NCBI RefSeq assembly: GCF_001194135.2
Contig: NC_068992.1
Location: 8,406,876 to 8,470,875 of the forward strand
DNA from: Octopus bimaculoides
Lineage: Eukaryota
DNA: 64,000 bases
Reading direction: 5' to 3'
Below are positions 13,725-28,008 of the stretch, in pieces; within the stretch, counting starts at the first letter, position 1; each line of letters opens with the position of its first letter. Made by a program: the position numbers and the translations under genes. The notes beneath the pieces are model-generated. The model made no database searches. It worked only from the letters and a program-made list of their open reading frames with translations, and had not been told where the DNA came from.

Positions 13725-14743
13725 GCTTATTGGCAAAGTCATTAGAATGTTGGACCAACTGCTTCATGGTATTTCTTCTGACTCCCTGAAAGTTGAATCC
13801 AAGTACCACCAAAGACAACTTTGCCTTTCATCCTTTTAGATTCTTCAAGCCAAGCCAACTGGCAGGAGACCAAGAGATAAATCAAGAAAAAAAATGGATA
13901 AATAACATCCATAGTATCAGTTAGTCATGCTTAGGAATCCAGTTGGAGAGTCTAATGAAGGTTACTTCTAACAGTATCCTATGGAGGAGGTGCCGGAGGA
14001 TTGCACACACCCCTCCTACAACTCCCAGGACCAGTAGAAGGAGAATATTAATGGATGGGGTTAATGAATAAAGTACCATCTTTGGCAGATGATTGTTAAG
14101 CAGGATGCTTTACTGTGTATCTCTTCCATGTGTCCTGAATTCAAATTCCACTTCTTGTGACTGGATTAAAAAACACAGCAACACTTGTACAGTTGCTGCT
14201 GACAGATAGTATCAGCAAAGACAAAAAGCCAATTGAACCATAGTTTCTATGGTTCAACTAAAATATCGGTTCCCACCATAAATGCAGATAAAGACATATC
14301 CTTTATCTCATTGCAAATTTAAAATTGTTTGTGCTTCTTGTAAACAAAGAATAAAGCATTTTTAGTTCCAAATAATATTCCAGTTAATGGCAAGGTTACT
14401 ACATTTTTGACCCAAGAGCACAACAAATGTCCAGCAGCTTCTGTGATTGATATTGATGTACTTTTGTTATATTAATAGATGTGTCTATAATAAATTTGAA
14501 ATCACATAGGAAGATATAACTTCATACAAAATACATAAAATACATTTAAACAACCAATTTATAGTTTTATCTAATGTTAACTAATTTAATATATATGTTC
14601 CCAACAGTGATTCCATTACCAATTTTTTGTTTCCTTTATTCATTTTTATGACTGATAATGGGAGAATATCAACGATAGTCAATATATTTGATAGCTGTGT
14701 ATGTACGGATGCAAATACATGAATATGTATGAATACACACACA

Positions 14744-14808
<65 letters not shown>

Positions 14809-14863
14809 GTTTATATGTGTATGTATCTATGTATGCATTTACATGCATATATGTGCATATATA

Positions 14864-14901
<38 letters not shown>

Positions 14902-15054
14902 GTGCAGGAGTGGCTATGTGGTAAGTAGCTTGCTTACCAACCACATTGTTCCAGGTTCAATTCAATGCCACCTTAGGCAAGTGTCTTCTACTATAGCTTA
15001 AGCAGACCAAAGCGTTGTGTGTGGGTTTGATAGATGGAAATTGAAAGTAACCCA

Positions 15055-15100
<46 letters not shown>

Positions 15101-17112
15101 GTATGGATATGTTTGTGTGTCTATGCTTGTCTTCCCACCACAGCTTGACAACCAATGTTGGCATGCTTACATCCCTGTAACTGAGTGGTTTGGTAAAAGA
15201 GACTGATAGAAAAATACAAGGCTTACAAAGAATAAGTCCTGATGTTAATTTGTTCGACTAAAGGTGGTTAGCATTTTCTGTGATCTAGATCTGATTCTAG
15301 ACTGCAGTCAATCCACCTCATTTATGCTATTAATTAATACTCCCAAGGTTGCTAGTTGAGTGGTTACAGTGGCAGATAAAATGCTGCATTCTTTATGCTC
15401 TGAGTTCAACTCCCACTGAGGCCACCTTTGCCTTTTATCTTTCCAAGGCCAATAAAATAAAGTACCAACCAAATATTGTGTCTACTGGTAGTAATTAACC
15501 CCCTCCCCTCAAAATTTATGGGAGACCATTAATCAGTACTCCCAGAAAATATCAACTGTGATGCAATAGGAGTATTTATTCATTTAAACCATTCTAAAAC
15601 CTTTCTTTTAACAGGGACGGAACAGCATGTGGAGGCAATGAGCTGGGTTCAGGTGTTGATTACATTGCAACTAGGGACATTTTGACATTTTCTGATGGAG
15701 AAATAACAAAAGCTATCACTATTGATGTCAATACTGATGTGAAGGTAAAAAAAACGTATTCTGCATTTGATTGTTTGATTGATTTATGGTTCAGTTCTAT
15801 ATTTAAGAGATGAGGAATTATGTACATTATTTACATATTTTCATTCGATGGATATTTGTCCTCATCTTGTTTGTTGTTAACACAATGTTTCGGCTGATAT
15901 ACCCTCCAGCCTTCATCAGGTGTCTTGGGGAAATTTCGAACCTGGGTTCTCATTCCTAAGGTATTTTTTGATGTTATTATTATCATTATTATTCAGGTCA
16001 CTGCTTGGAATCAAACTCGGAATCTTGGGGTTAGTAGCCCACACACTTAACCACTACGCCATATGCCCAGGTTCGAAATTACATTACTGCAAAATCTGAC
16101 ACTGTTTCAGGCAGACACGGCTAATTTCCTTGAACATTTCCTAAGCTAGGGTTTATCATTTTCAGTTAAAGACAAAGAGACGATCCATGCGGTGGAACAC
16201 CCCTCCTCACTGACTCCAAAGAAGACCAAAGTCATTTCATGTGTTCATGTGCAGGGAATGTGATAGCCTCAGTTTTTTAGGATGCAAAAGGCATTGAGTT
16301 TATCGACCATCTTCAAAAGGGCCACGCCATCAATGGAGTGTACTATGTCGACTTGCTGAGGCAGTTATGAAAGGCCATCAAGATCAAACACCCAGGAAAA
16401 CTGATAAAAGGGGTCTTGTTTCATCAGGACAAAGCTCCAGCACACAAATCCTTGCTTTCGATGGCTGCTGTGTATGACTGGCTTTGAACTGATTGATCAA
16501 TTCTCCCTATTTTCCAGATTTGGCCCCATCTGATATCATCTATTCCCAGGGGAATGAGTATCACAGCGATGATGACATCATATATGGTGTTAATAGCTTC
16601 TTTGACAATCAGGATCGAAGCTTCTTCACCAATGGGATCCAAACACAGCAACACCAATGGAAAAAGTGTTTGGACCACAGGGGATACTATGGTGAAAAAT
16701 AAACCTCCTTTGATGAGAGTATCTTGATGAGATATTCCGTGAGAGTATCTTGGTCAGCCTATGAACTTTTTAGCTGACTCTTTTACATACTTACATATAT
16801 CTATATCAGTGTGCAAGGAAAGAAAGAGAGAGAGAGAGTCAATGAAATGATCCTTGAAACTATGCTTTTATATATTAATATAATTACATATATTTTCTGT
16901 GTGTGTATGATACACATATATATTATATATATACATACCATTCACATACAGAAATTACAGCCACCTTGTATTTCTATGTCAGGAAATATTTAGACTCTAT
17001 TCTTGTATTGAGTTCTTTTGTTTGTGGATGTTACCTGTTGTTTTTAATTTCATTTTAACAACACTAACTTCATATATATGTATGCACACACACACACATA
17101 TGTATACATTCT

Positions 17113-17201
<89 letters not shown>

Positions 17202-17726
17202 ACACATACTCACACACACACATATCTATACATTTCATTTTCTTTCTTTCTTCTCATTAAAGATATGCAAAAATTTCATAATTGTTCTGAGTAATCCTGA
17301 CAATGGAGCCAGAATCGGTGAACGCAGTGCTGTTGTATGCTTCATGAATAACGGTAAGTTCACACATGTTTCTGATAACTCTACACATCCACACACAGTT
17401 ACCCTTTGTCTCTGCATGCATCTTTCTTTCTCATTGTCATTAGTTTTATCTTGAAGATGATTATTTTCCTCTTTACTTTTTCTTTGTTCCTGTCATTTTC
17501 TCTTTCTTCTATCTGTATGCATTCATGCATTCTTTATAATTTTCCATCCATAGCTTCTTTTTTTTTTTGTTCCTGCCTATCTTTTCCTTTTTAATTCTTC
17601 CTTTTTTCTTCTTTATCTTCTTCTTTTGGTTTACATTGTTGTTGATGTCATGGTTCTCGTTGCTGTTAGATTGCCATCTCTAATTGCAATGAATGCTCTC
17701 AAATATGAGTGTACTTAAGAATAAAA

Positions 17727-17780
<54 letters not shown>

Positions 17781-17951
17781 CTATCACCAATTTGAATAAA
17801 TAATAATAATTATCAATAATACATTTACAATGTCCGCTCTTATGGTAACAGCTGTAACCCAATTGATTGATCTATGTAGGACAAAATTTTGCTTCAGGTA
17901 TCAGGGTTACACTCAACAAGATAAGAGAAAAGATGCAGAACTCAAAGAATT

Positions 17952-17995
<44 letters not shown>

Positions 17996-18191
17996 TAATA
18001 ATAATGATAATAATTCTGGCACAAGGCCAGCAATTTCGAGGGAGGGAATAAGTCATTTACATCAACCCTAGTGTTCAGCTGGTACTTATTTTATCAACAC
18101 CCAAAAAGGATGAAAGGCAAAATTGACTTCAGCAGAATTTGAATTCAGAATGTAAAGACAGACGTGCTAATGATTCTACCAGCTCACTGCC

Positions 18192-18228
<37 letters not shown>

Positions 18229-18264
18229 TAATAATAATAATAACAATAATAATAATAATAATAA

Positions 18265-18295
<31 letters not shown>

Positions 18296-21200
18296 AAGAC
18301 TATTTTTATTGGTAACAAGAGCCACAAAAGACAAATTCAGAACAATACAAAGATGAAGGACAATGGGGATTTATTGTGTTGTCAAATAAATTTGTTCTTT
18401 TTTCTTTCCTTATTTGGTACTCAATTGTCATTTGTCTGAAAAGCAATAAAATTTATTCAGATTTCAAAAACGATAGACAAAAGTTGTAGAGAAAGAACAG
18501 AACTACAAGAAGAAAAAAAATCAGAAAACACTACAATAACATTATTTTTTTCATGTACATCAAATAATACTGGAAAATATGAAAAATAAATGGGGAAGAA
18601 AAAAAAAGACGAACGAATTTATCTGACAACCTAAAACACAAACATGTGTAAACAATAAAAACAAAATCCCTCCAATAGTGGGGAAATAACAATCAGGGCA
18701 ATGAAAGAACTCAAAGATCCCAAGTTACCCTGATCACCAGGTGTACAAGAATGGGCTGAAAAGTTCATAGGCTGACCATGATGCAATGATCGAACTTGAC
18801 CGAATGTGTTTTATTTTTTGACATATTCTCCCTTGTGGTCCATACACTTCTTCTATTGGTGTTGCAGCGCTTGGATTACTGTGGCATAGAAGCTCTTATC
18901 CTGACCCTCAGAAATGTCCTCAGTGGGAGGGTATAGACACAAAAACATACACACATATATAATGAACTTGCACACACTTTACACCTACCAAATTAACTCA
19001 CAAAGCATTGATCGGCTCAGGGCTACAGTATATGAGCCATGGCCAGGATACCATGCAGTGAGACAGAACACAAAACCACATGAATGCAAAGCAGGCTTCT
19101 TAACCACACAGCCATGCCTATGCCACTTGTGTTGATATATCTTTTCACAATTGTTCAGATTCTATGTCTGTTGTGTTGAACAATTTCATCTACAGTGATT
19201 CCTTCACTTCCCATTATATTCCTCAGAATTCTTCAACTTTTCTTGTGTGCTGTATTGATGCCAATTTTATTTTTACCTATTTCCCATTAGAATCATTTTG
19301 GAAATGGAGTCAAAATATTTCTTTTGTTTGCGGAATCACTTTACATCTTTATTTTGATAAACTTGGTAGAAAGCCAAACCCTGTCACCTTCTTATTTATG
19401 GTTGCTTATTTTGTTTTAACCTTTTAGCATTCAGATTCCTCTGTCAAATGTAATACTTATTTATTCACATCATTTTGAATTAATCATGCATTATCTCGTA
19501 GCTTTCAGATTTCAATAATGTGATTGCATACTTTTAGAATGACATTGTAGGATAGGTGTGAGAGGCTAGATCTGGAGAGTTTGAATATGAAACAAGCCAA
19601 ATATTTGTGTCTGATATGACTGGTTTAAATGCCAAGGGATTAATATCAAGAGAAGAATTGCTTCTTTGTGCCTTAATTGATTGAATTGACAATGGTCATA
19701 TCTTTTAATTCATTTTCTATCTTTTAGCAATCGTTGACTCCCAGATTATTTCCTTGATTTTTTTTTCAAGCTAACTTCTTCATGTGATGTTTATATTTGG
19801 GTCTGTTTTCATTAAATCTGCAATGGCTATGTTTGATTGATACCGTTGTTATACATCTCTGAGGTTTGTCCTAGGGAGGTATTTCGTTTATCCACTGGAC
19901 AGTCTATCGATTTTAAGTCCTTAATTATCTCTGCTTTTTTGATCAACTTGTTCATCATTTCCTTTTTTTAATTTCCTGTTCTGATATATATTCCTTGAGA
20001 GTTATGTCTTTATTCGAGTTGTTATGGTTGGCCTTTTGTTAATTAGTATTCTGTGGGCATTCTAGAGTTTGATTTTGTTATTTACTTTCTTTTGCATCAG
20101 TCTGTTTTCATGGCTTATGTATTCACTATTTGTGTTTTCATTATGCAGTCTTTGTTTTAAGTGCTCTATTTCCATTTCAGATGATTTGAGATTTTTCTCG
20201 CTTTATTTATTATTTTTTTCTTGACTTTGAGAATGTCTCTTCTTAAGTTGTTTATAGTATTACTGTTGTTGTTATTGCCACTCTTATTTTTTTTTTTACT
20301 TGTTGTTGAAATCTGTAACACAGTTGCAGAGAAGTTTAGATTTCACCAAGTTTCACTCAAAAACTATTCATTTATTTATTTTGACAGTGAAGGTTTTGGG
20401 AGCATATGACTGTCCATAACATTGCCTTGGAGGATAATAATGTTTGGCTTAGACATTCAATATATTTCGTAAAAATTGCTTTATTCATATCAGGCACAAA
20501 GACCTGATATTTGAGGAAAGAGTACAATCGATTATATAAACTTCAGTACTTGACTGGTATTTTATTTCATTAACCTCTAAGGGATGAAAAACAAATTTGT
20601 CTTTGACTAGATTTGAACTTAGAATGTAAAATACCAAAACATATACTACAAGACATTCTATCTGACTCTCATACAACTGTGCCAAACCACCGTCCTTATA
20701 ATAATTTCTTGAAGTAAAATCTCAGTCATCCATACATACAAGCATGTCCTTTACAGTTCCAGTACCACGTAAAATGCACTTGTGCCAGTGCGGCATAAAT
20801 GCACCTGTGCTGGTGGCACATAAAAAGCACTCAGCACACTTTCTAAAGTGGTTGCCATTAGGAAGGTCATCCAGCCATACAAACCATACCACAACAGACA
20901 ATTGGAGTCTGGATAGCTCACTAGCTGGCCAGCTCCTATCAGACTGTCCAACCCATGCCAGCATGGAAAAAGGACATTAAATGATGATGATGATGATGAC
21001 AGGCACAAAGTCAAATATTCTGGAAGAGGAGACAATTAGTTCCATCGTGGACTTATGATTGTAAGATTGTGGTTTCAATTCTTGGACTGAGCAACACGTG
21101 TTTTTCATTAAAACACTTCATTTCACATTCCTCCAGTCCACTCAGCCAGCAATACAGACATGGGGAGGGAGAGACAGAGATAGGAAGAGGGAAAAGAGAT

Positions 21201-22943
21201 CAGGACAGAGATATAAAGAGAGGGAAAGAGAAGAAAGATCATCTCGTCTTGAGTTAGTCAGGAAAATGGAGAAATATGAAGAGACAAGAGATTATGAAGG
21301 GTTCCAGGATGGTCAGGACTTCTGCAATTTATTTGTTATATTTTAAACCACTGAGCCATCAAGAGGAATTCTCTGTATAAATGAATGTCTAATGTTGGAG
21401 TAAATAAATTAAAGTTGACATTCCAAGATCAGTTGAAAGGGTTGTTTAGTGTCACAGAATGTAATAGTATTGATCTTTTTTGCTGCCATTACTCATACAG
21501 CACTGCTGATCAGATTTAATGTTTGGATATTCTCGATTAAAAACAAATATTGTCATCTCTGATTCTGTTTTATAACCAGAATCTGTGAGCGAAAAGATTA
21601 GGTTTTATGGATGGATAAATCGAGAGATTGTTAGATGGATGGAGGGATATGATAGGTTTGAAATGGATAGATAAGCAGGTAAGCAGACAAACTGACAAGT
21701 CAACAAGTCGGCAAAGAGACAGACAGACACACAGACATAGATGGAGTGTTTTTATAATGGAATTGACATTAACTAGAAGGCCTAATACAAAATTTCTCTA
21801 AATATTTACTTTCATTTTTATATTCATAAATCAAATTCTTCCAGAATTGATGTCATCTTCCATCCCACCAGGTTTTGTTAAAATAAAATAAATGCTAGTT
21901 GTTACTGTTTAGACTTTTGGTCAGCTTTTACACAGCAGACTTTGAAGAGTGAAATAGGTCAGACATAGAGGGAGCAGATATGTGATCAAAGATTCAGTCC
22001 AAGGCTTTGACACATTAGGCACCAGCTCATTGGTATATACAAAGATCAGCCCTGTAGTAGATTTATATCTAGCATGACACAACTAACTTAGGTCTAAATC
22101 ATCTAGATCAGCCTTGATAGAGTGGGAATATGATCAATAATGGTTTATTTGTGAGCATCTTTTTTCAGACATAGTTCTTCCCTCTGATAAGATAGTAAGG
22201 TTTGGTTTGAGGGAGATATGGCTTTATTTGATGCAGTCCAATAATAACATTAAGGTTACTTCATATTGGTTTCAAATATTTGACCTATCTCTTCTTTCTC
22301 GTCATATACATCTCTCCTCCCACCATCTATCTGCAAATACTACAAATACCTTCTCAAATTTTTATTTACACCACAAAGCACTTTTAAACGAGCAGTGCAG
22401 ATTCCATGGCTTCATACTTTGAAATGTCTAAACATGAACTGCTATTGGAACTTACATACCATGTACAGGAAACTTTTTTACCACTTCTATACACCATTTT
22501 TCTCAAACAATTCAACTGCAACTACAATATCTTTATGTATCTTATTTCTAATTTCATTCTCTTATTTCCCGCCATATTCCCTATCTCCTCCTTTTCCATA
22601 ATAATTCGGACTCAAATATTTCCTCTCTTTAACCTTCTTACACCGCTTCTGGTGAAGGGATATCCATAATATCCCAGAAACAGCTGTAAAGCTATTTCTT
22701 TATAAATGTCCTGAAAACTCCTCACAGCCTTCACTTTGTTATCTATGATATATATACATATATATATAAACCACAGTGACACATAAGAAGCATTGGTGCT
22801 GGTGCCAAGTAAAAAGCACCCAGTACACTCTGTAAGGTGGTTGATATTAAGGAGGGCATCCAGCTGTAGAAACCAAGTCAAAACAGACTATGGAACCTAG
22901 TGCAATACCCTCAAAGCCAGGAACTTTTCAACACCCACTTGTG

Positions 22944-23021
<78 letters not shown>

Positions 23022-23774
23022 TAAGCCATTGAAAGCTTTCAAGGTCTGAGAATTTGTGTTTGACACTAGTCAACTTGATAAGTGCCACACATGAAACTCC
23101 TGTTTTTCAAGTTACTTTTGTAACTTTTCTGCCAATTTTTCCTTTTATTTAAAACAACAGTGTGTAAGTTAATCAAAAATTTGGCTGTTATTTCTAGCTA
23201 GTTGACTTGATAGAACCTTTTTCATTAGCTTCAATCTATAAGTACCAGTAATTTACCTGGATTAATTCAATTGACTACACCACTTCCTCTCAACGCCACA
23301 TTTGTGGTTTCTGCCATTATTGAAAGAAGTCAATAGAATGCAAATAAATTGCTTAGAGTCAGAAATACTATACTTTCAGCATTGTGACAAAACAAGAACT
23401 GACGAAAATGATACATCCAACCTTTGTTACACAATGCTGTCTGATAAGATTGATTTTCAAGTATTTCAAAGTATGAATTCGTAGCATAACACATAAGTGC
23501 TTGGATGTAACTTCTCAATGCCGGCAGTTGTTTCTGTTGGTAGAGAAACGTGAAACGTCAAGTATTGAATGTTTACGATAGGGTAAACTTTGCGTTTGTT
23601 GGTTTAAAAATCAATGTCATGTTAAATGTGTTGTATACTATGTCCATGAACACTGTAGACAATTCTAAATAGCCCCAGAATTGCTTAACAAGTATTTTTG
23701 CTACTAGTAGTAAATTCTCAATATACACCTCGTTTCATAGGCATGCTGAAATATGTGTGTGTGTATATGTGTGA

Positions 23775-23805
<31 letters not shown>

Positions 23806-24000
23806 AAAGAGAGAGAGAGAGAGAGAGAGAAGCCAATATTCAGAATTTATAACTTCAAAAGACACACACATGTAGAAATATATATTGTATGATCATATGC
23901 ATGTGTATGTGTCTGTATATATGTATGTGCATGCTTACATACACACATATAGGCCACCCCAAGCCAGTATGGGAATCAGACATTGTTAAATGTGAATGAT

Positions 24001-24034
<34 letters not shown>

Positions 24035-24039
24035 GATAC

Positions 24040-24100
<61 letters not shown>

Positions 24101-24430
24101 GATACGTATATATATATATACACACACAGGCACACATACATATATATATATATATGGCCTTGTAGGGTTTTCGAGCGAGATCGTTGCCAGTGCCCCTGGA
24201 CTGGCTCTTGTGCGGGTGGCACATAAAAGACACCATTTCGAGCGTGGCCGTTTTCGTGCGGGTAACACGTAAAAGCACCCACTACACTCTCTGAGTGGTT
24301 GGCGTTAGGAAGGGCATCCAGCTGTAGAAACTCTGCCAAATTTAGATTGGAGCCTGGTGTTGCCATCCGGTCTCACCAGTCCTCAGTCAAATCGTCCAAC
24401 CCATGCTGGCATGGAAAGCGGACGTTAAAC

Positions 24431-24463
<33 letters not shown>

Positions 24464-26382
24464 ATATATATATGTATATATATACATGTATGTATGTGTA
24501 TATATAACTTGTTATTAATGACCCTCTGCAGGGCATGGCATCTCACCATTTCTTTAGAACTCAGCATGCTCTATTACACTTCAGCACCTTGGAAAATATA
24601 CTTCTGTTACAACACAGGTAATCATTTGTTACAAGTGCTCTCGCAATGCTAATCAATAAGTACATACAATGATTAAATAACATGAGAATAATGAGAGCAT
24701 TTAATTTAATCATTTCGTCCTTTATTGAATTGTTTACTTCTGAAGAAATGGTACTCACTAAATTGTACCTTTGAAACATACGCAAACGATGAGATAATAA
24801 AAGTAACCACTACTATTATTATCCTGCTATTTAATTATATATGAATGTAAAAGGTGCATGTGTTGCTATGTGGATAAAAAGCTTGCTTTCCAACCATGTG
24901 GTTTTGGTTTAGGTTCAATCTCTACTGTATGATACCTTGGACAAGTGATTTCTTAAAGTTCCTGGCTTCAAGGGTATCACAAAAGGCCTCGTTGGAGGTC
25001 CAGCCTTCTGAGTTCTTTTACAGGGCTTAGAAAAACTGAAGGGACACTGCAATAAGTGTGTGAATCTTAGATGGGAATATGTTGGATAAAATCATTATTA
25101 ACTGATTCTCCTGTATTTTCTTTTACCCAAAGCCAGGAACTTAAATCTAATTTGTTTTAATGTTTTCCACTATGTTACTCCTATTTCATAATATTCATCA
25201 TTTAATGTCTACTTTTCCATCCTTGCATGGGTCAGATGGAATTTGCTAAAGTAGATTTTTCTACAGTTGGATGCCCTTTCTGCTGCAAACCCTCACTTGT
25301 TTCTAGGTATAGCTACATATTCTTTTTCTGTGGAAGACTGAAAATAAATAACCTCATTTGTATTACTCTTTTTACTCTTTTACTTGTTTCAGTCATTTGA
25401 CTGCGGCCATGCTCGAGCACTGCCTTTAGTCGAGAAAATCGACCCCAGGACTTATTCTTTGTAAGCCTAGTACTTATTCTATCGGTCTCTTTTTGCCGAA
25501 TCGCTAAGTTATGGGGACGTAAACACACCAGCATCGGTTGTCAAGTGATGGTGGGGGGACAAATACAGACACACAAACACACATACATGCATATATATGA
25601 TGGGCTTCTTTCAGTTTCCGTCTACCAAATCCACTCACAATTTACAACCATCATCAGACCGATCAGCCACAGTCAGATACACTGTGGCCCATCTTCTCCT
25701 ATGTGATGTCTTTGGTCATCACCAGCAATGATAGACAAACATTATTATTAATATATGTATGTAATATATATGATAGGTTTCTTTCAGTTTCCATCGACCA
25801 AATCTACTCACAAGTCTCTAGTGGGCCCAAGGCTATAGTAGAATACTTTTGCCTGAGGTGCCACACAGTGGGACTGAACCTAACCCAAGACCATATGGTT
25901 GAAAAGCAAGCTTCTAAACCACACAGACATGCCTGTACCTATTTTTATCTGGTCAATTACTTAGCACAACAGAAGAAGTCATAAATACATACATATCTAC
26001 TGATATTATTAAAAATTCTGGTCAAGTAATCATAGTAATCTACAATTAAAGAAGAAAATGTTGAAAGCAGATTAGTGTATATTTAATACATTGTGTCTTT
26101 ATGACACAGCCACAGCGTTTCAGCTTGTATTACTTTCCCCTAACGAAACATGAGTTGAAACATCTTGGCTTATGTTGTAAGGAAACAATCAAATAGATAA
26201 ATGCATAACTATATTATACATGCATAGCACAAGCATGGATGTATTGTAAGAAGTTTGCTTCCCTGTTATGTGGTTCCAGGTTCAGTCTCACTGCATGACA
26301 CTTTGGGCAAGTATCTTTCACTATAGCACCAATCTACTAAAGTCTTGTGAGTGAATTTCGTAAATGAAAACTGAAAGAATCC

Positions 26383-26420
<38 letters not shown>

Positions 26421-27974
26421 TGTGTGTGTGTTACTGTCTTCTTACCTTCACATCACGGCTGTAAATGAGTGTTGCCATCATACAAGTGTTGTCCTCATAT
26501 CTGATTACAAGGAAATATTACCTTACTTGGAAACAGGTGAGGGTTGGTGACAGGTAGGGCATCCAACTGTAGAAAATTCACCTCAGCAAATTCCATCCAA
26601 CCCATGAAATCATGGAAAAGCAGATGTCAGAACAATGATGATGATGCTTACGTCTAGCATGGCAAGTTAGCCTTCTATGAATTGATAGCTTACCACAAGA
26701 AATAATCCCTGAATAAGATTATGAATGAACTATTAAGATTTTCTGTTCAATTCTACATTGAAAACATCAGCAGTTAATTCATTCATAATACATCTCATTA
26801 TTAATAGCATGAATTGACAGTTTTTTTTTTACTTTTTTGGTTTTTATTTGTCATTTAATATATTCTCTTTTTTTTTTTTCTCTTTTTTTTCTTAATATTC
26901 TAGATGAACTGGCTGTACGTTTAGGAGAAGCAATAGAAGAATCTGAAGAAGAATCAATGTCCTGGTTTGAACAAATTACAAGGTATATTTTTTTTCTCAT
27001 GATGCATAAGAAAGTTGTATTGCATATGAAATCATTTACACTATCCTGTTGTTGCTGTTTTACTGGCCTAAAGCAAGTTCACAGTGAACTGACTTACGAT
27101 CAAAGACAATCCTTTCATGATCATTCTGTCATTTTTTTTTTTTTTTTTTGGCTATTTGTATTTCAAGTATTGCATATCTGGTATGTCCCAGTTCTTCTAA
27201 TACAGTAGTGTGCAACTTGAGAGAGATTTGGCTATTTCTGGCTAGTCTAACAAAAAACTGAAGCACCCTCCTACCAACTTGTTTTTTCTGGAGTTGCTAG
27301 GCATCCAGTCAGTCAGAAATTGCCTTTACACTTTAGCATTCAGATTACTCTGTCAAATGTAATGCTTATTTGTTAACATTGTTTTGAATTAATCATGCAT
27401 TATCTCATAGCTTTGAGATTTCAATGATGTAATTTATTTTTCAAAATTACATTGTAGGCTAGGTATGAAAGGCCAGATCTGGCTGGTTTAAATGCTAAAG
27501 TGTTAAAGCTGGCTGCTTTGACCTGTCTTTCTTTCAGATGTACTCTCCTCGCCTTTGTATTCCAGGACTCACCAATTTGGAAGCAGAACAGTGTATCAGT
27601 GCACATAGGTTGTTCTCACAATGATGAAGGTCCTCTATACACTGCTCCAGACTTTATTACTATAGTGAGTCCTTTTCTCAGTGAATGTTACAGGTGCTTT
27701 TCCAATTCTAAACCAATAACTTTGTGTGTGTGTGTGTTATTTCTTTATTGCCCACAAGGGGCTAAACATAGAGGGGACAAACAAGGGATTAAGTCCATTA
27801 CATCGACCCCAGTGAATAACTGGTACTTAATTTATCGACCCCAAAAGGATGAAAGGCTAAGTCGACCTCGGCGGAATTTGAACTCAGAACGTAATGGCAG
27901 ACGAAATACCGCTAAGCATTTCGCCCAGCGTGCTAACCTTTCTGCCAGCTCGCTGCCTTGTGTGTGTGTGTGTG

Positions 27975-28008
<34 letters not shown>

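Noticed and set aside
22200-22660. Minus-strand Cys-rich relic, perhaps an RTE-associated zinc finger
   Set aside because: It is too degenerate to support a call.
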